Origin: a virus | Virus record (IMG/VR): IMGVR_UViG_3300021962_007571 | Coordinates: 1-64,000 of that record | Reading direction: 5' to 3' (one strand) | Length of the DNA: 64,000 nucleotides | Notes under the pieces: model-generated | What the model was told of the DNA's origin: nothing | The model's input: the letters and a program-made list of their open reading frames with translations, nothing else | The model's database searches: none | Translations under genes and position numbers: made by a program | Shown here: one piece after another, positions 61,528 through 64,000 of the stretch | How the letters are laid out: every line of letters begins with the position of its first letter | How positions within the stretch are numbered: the stretch's first letter is position 1

Positions 61528-62992
61528 TTGGTTTTTGGAATATAATGTGTTGACCTGTTTTATACATTTTTCCATTATAACCAGCATCTTTTAATAAAGT
61601 GTAAGAACCATCAGTATTAGGAGTTTTACCAAAAAACCCACCATTAATAAATTTGTCAGTTGCAACTTTAACAGAATCGTTGTTAGTTGTATTAACAATA
61701 ATTGGTTTGATGACTATTGTAGACGTTTCAGTTTTTGGAATAACTTTAAGTTTATCCCCAGCAAACCATTCAGTATTTGTTGGGGTGTGTTTAAAGTATT
61801 TTAATACAATGTATGTTCCATCAGACTCTGGTTTTTTATTAATAATACCATTTTCAATATAGAAATTAGTGGTTTTTTCAGGATTTAACATTTCTAATTT
61901 TTTAACGTTACCTGTTAGTTTTGGTAAATTTTTATTTGAAGGACTGTCAACTTTAGTCGGTTGACCACTATCAACCCCTTTTTTCTTTAAATTACCACAA
62001 TTATCCAATTCCAATATTTTAATATCACCTGTAACACCTCTACCAATAGCGGGAGTACACTGATGAAATAAAACTGTATTACCTTTACTTATTCTAACTT
62101 CAGGTCTATCGGAGTGACAATCTGAAGGGGACAAACATTGTAAACTAATTACAATATCTTTACTTTCATTACCTATTATCGCCTTTGCTTTGGCATCATC
62201 CACAACTAATTTTCCACTTGTTCTATCACCACCAATTGGAGGATTTTTCTCTCCGTTATTTAAATTTGCCTTACCAATTGAAACTCCATTTAATTTAACA
62301 TCAAACAATGCAACATCACAATCGTGGTCCCCTCTACAACTAAATGGTCTACCATCAGTACCTATTGATGGTTGTGAAGATTTATCTTTTTTGTACATAA
62401 CCTCAACAGTTAGTCCTATAATACATTCCTCAGGTGGTTTAATAGCTAAAATTACTTTAACATATCTTTCTTTATCGTAATCAGGATTATTCTTATTACT
62501 TTGACCCTTAACATATTTAGTATTACCTAATATAAGTTCTGATGGTTCAAATATTGGCATTTCACTAATAACATTTTGAGATTTTAAACTTGAAAAATAT
62601 TGTTTTAAATAATTTTTCATAGTTTCGGCTCTTAATCTTGATAACTCTAAAGGTTTTAAAGATTTTTCTTCTGTAAAATCTTCGGACTTACCTGTTGACG
62701 GGTATTTTTCTCTATCATAATTTGTTACTTGAGATTCACTAGCGATAACTTTAACGTAAGTAATTCTACCTTTATTATTTCTTAAAAAATTTGCAGCTCC
62801 TTCTAAATCAGACTTTAATTTTTTTTCATCTTTCTTAGAAAACCCTGAATATTTCCCATCATCAAAAAATGATTGTCCTGACATAGTATATTCATTTTTA
62901 CCAGCAGGAGTTACTTGTTCAACAATATCATATAAAGATAATATTCCTATTCTCTCTTCTTCGGTTATTAATAATTTTCTTCTACAAGACAT
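61520..62992 (-). CDS. Protein with an OmpA-C-like domain and C-terminal repeats
   Basis: FFDDGK...VKVIASES...LSRLRAETMKNYL...ERYVKV; two DG(T/S)Y repeats; LITEEE leader. Confidence 0.5.
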   Translation of the reverse strand: MSCRRKLLITEEERIGILSLYDIVEQVTPAGKNEYTMSGQSFFDDGKYSGFSKKDEKKLKSDLEGAANFLRNNKGRITYVKVIASESQVTNYDREKYPSTGKSEDFTEEKSLKPLELSRLRAETMKNYLKQYFSSLKSQNVISEMPIFEPSELILGNTKYVKGQSNKNNPDYDKERYVKVILAIKPPEECIIGLTVEVMYKKDKSSQPSIGTDGRPFSCRGDHDCDVALFDVKLNGVSIGKANLNNGEKNPPIGGDRTSGKLVVDDAKAKAIIGNESKDIVISLQCLSPSDCHSDRPEVRISKGNTVLFHQCTPAIGRGVTGDIKILELDNCGNLKKKGVDSGQPTKVDSPSNKNLPKLTGNVKKLEMLNPEKTTNFYIENGIINKKPESDGTYIVLKYFKHTPTNTEWFAGDKLKVIPKTETSTIVIKPIIVNTTNNDSVKVATDKFINGGFFGKTPNTDGSYTLLKDAGYNGKMYKTGQHIIFQKPTT

Positions 62993-63037
62993 TCAAATAA
63001 TATTTATTATATAAATAGTTTAAATTTTTAAAATACT

Positions 63038-63069
63038 TTTGGCAGATTAAATAATCCGCCGTATATTTG
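63038..63069 (+). promoter_or_regulatory. Bacteroidota-type promoter for the small RNA
   Basis: TTTG (63038-41), 20-bp spacer, TATATTTG (63062-69). Confidence 0.75.
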
Positions 63070-63073
63070 TATT

Positions 63074-63186
63074 GTGATTGAGGGAAACGATTTAGATACA
63101 AATAAATCAATCATAGTTGTTGAGTCGAAAGAAGCTCAATTAGGACGGAGAAGGAACGATTTAGATACAACCCTCCGTCTTTTTTT
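63074..63186 (+). ncRNA. Candidate three-hairpin small RNA with a duplicated 16-nt loop
   Basis: Promoter, then stems GTGATTGA/TCAATCAT, TTGAGT/GCTCAA and AGGACGGAG/CTCCGTCTT plus a T tract; AACGATTTAGATACAA at 63086 and 63155. Confidence 0.7.
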
Positions 63187-63598
63187 ATACCCAAATAACT
63201 ATTTGGTCTTCACCAACTCTAAAAGGGTTTTCGTAGGATTCTCGGAATACTGTAACAATTAATAATTTCCACCCAACACCACCTTCATTAATGGCTTTGA
63301 TTGCAATCGCGATTTCTTTTTCAGGAGATTTAATTACAAAATAATCATTATTTTTAATGTCACCTATAGCGATTAATTCGGCAATTTTTTTACGACCAAG
63401 TTCAATAATATATTTAATTTCGGCGTTAGATATTTCTTTAGTATTATAATCTTCTATATCAGTTCTAGTTCTTCTATCATATGCGTGCGGACTTCTATCA
63501 AGTTCAAATGAATAGGTTACCTCAATCTTAGTGATTAAGCTACCTATCTTCTTCTCTAACAATAACTGTTCTCTGATTATTTGACGTAGTCTATTCAT
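63185..63598 (-). CDS. Putative RelE/BECR-fold ribonuclease-like protein
   Basis: SPHAYDRRTR near the N-terminus and LLIVTVFR near the C-terminus; MNRLRQIIREQLLLE leader. Confidence 0.4.
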   Translation of the reverse strand: MNRLRQIIREQLLLEKKIGSLITKIEVTYSFELDRSPHAYDRRTRTDIEDYNTKEISNAEIKYIIELGRKKIAELIAIGDIKNNDYFVIKSPEKEIAIAIKAINEGGVGWKLLIVTVFRESYENPFRVGEDQIVIWV

Positions 63599-63620
63599 AT
63601 TATATAAATACCTATAAAAT

Positions 63621-63651
63621 AAAAAAAGGGGACTAATAATAGTCCCCTTTT
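63621..63651 (-). terminator. Intrinsic terminator after the major capsid gene
   Basis: AAAAGGGGACTA-loop-TAGTCCCCTTTT, with a longer T tract on the minus strand. Confidence 0.85.
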
Positions 63652-63671
63652 AGATATCATTAAGATATTGA

Positions 63672-64000
63672 TTATCTTAACTCGTTTAAGTCAAATGTTC
63701 TAACTCCATCAACTTGGATACGTCCGTAGAAACGGTTGTTAACCATTTTCTTAGCGTAACGTGTCATAATACCTTTGATAGGTGTAAAGTTGAATGGATT
63801 GTACATTGTAGGAGTTAATTGTAGAGGTACGTATGGAGCGTAGATGTAACCAGTGTCTAACAATGACGTTCCTTTGTGTCCCATTAACACAGTGTTTGGT
63901 GGGAAGTAAGGGTCACGGTAAACTTGGTATCTACCTGCTAATGTACCAACTCTTTCAATACCCATATTGTATTGGTCTTGCTCAGGAGCCGCGTTAGATA
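63672..64000 (-). CDS. Major capsid protein C-terminus (T4 gp23-like), truncated
   Basis: GTLAGRYQVYRDPY...GYIYAPYVPL...FTPIKGIMTRYA; the frame stays open to the window end. Confidence 0.95.
   Translation of the reverse strand, partial: SNAAPEQDQYNMGIERVGTLAGRYQVYRDPYFPPNTVLMGHKGTSLLDTGYIYAPYVPLQLTPTMYNPFNFTPIKGIMTRYAKKMVNNRFYGRIQVDGVRTFDLNELR

Noticed and set aside
2726-62480. Short antisense or alternate-frame ORFs in the track (e.g. 2726, 3946, 9291, 10518, 32618, 37302, 52791, 62190)
   Set aside because: They overlap well-supported genes and have the composition of shadow ORFs.
63086-63171. Mini CRISPR array
   Set aside because: Only two 16-nt copies, the 53-nt intervening sequence forms stems with the flanks, and there are no cas genes; it fits a structured RNA better.
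63074-63262. 62-aa ORF in the track
   Set aside because: GTG start at the predicted transcription start, it crosses a terminator and overlaps the convergent gene; more likely a by-product of the RNA element.
1-64000. Stop-codon reassignment as in some Bacteroidota phages
   Set aside because: Long genes (polymerase, sheath, 1646-aa protein) are intact under code 11 and coding density is high.
1-64000. Cellular or eukaryotic giant-virus origin suggested by PolB, SNF2, GT60 and the Ubl; also tRNA/rRNA genes
   Set aside because: The gp23-like capsid, sheath, tube, neck and bacterial-type terminators identify a tailed phage. No tRNA cloverleaf or rRNA was recognised in the short intergenic spaces.

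Overview
AT-rich, densely coding 64 kb segment of a large T4-like myophage (jumbo-phage type), standard genetic code. The host is probably in the Bacteroidota: there are TTG-N20-TAnnTTTG promoters and no obvious Shine-Dalgarno sites. The window carries the tail/baseplate/neck module (large baseplate proteins, LysM/gp53-like wedge, tape measure, chaperone, tube, sheath, gp15/gp14/gp13-like, gp5-like spike) and the C-terminus of the major capsid protein. It also has family B DNA polymerase, a SNF2 helicase, a gp55-like sigma factor, dUTPase, PhoH, SOD, MgsA, an FKBP and about ten glycosyltransferase-like genes. Best leads: (1) an unannotated ~110-nt promoter-to-terminator small RNA showing the same 16-nt sequence in two hairpin loops; (2) a candidate virion O-glycosylation system (a GT60 polypeptide GlcNAc-transferase operon next to mucin-like and collagen-like Thr/Ser-rich proteins); (3) about 11 unrelated proteins with prohead-protease-type I/L/V-x-E leaders, suggesting a capsid-packaged cargo/polyprotein system; (4) a probable +1/-2 frameshift in the tail chaperone; (5) a ubiquitin-like protein in the fibre operon. 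All family assignments come from motif recognition by eye; no searches were run.
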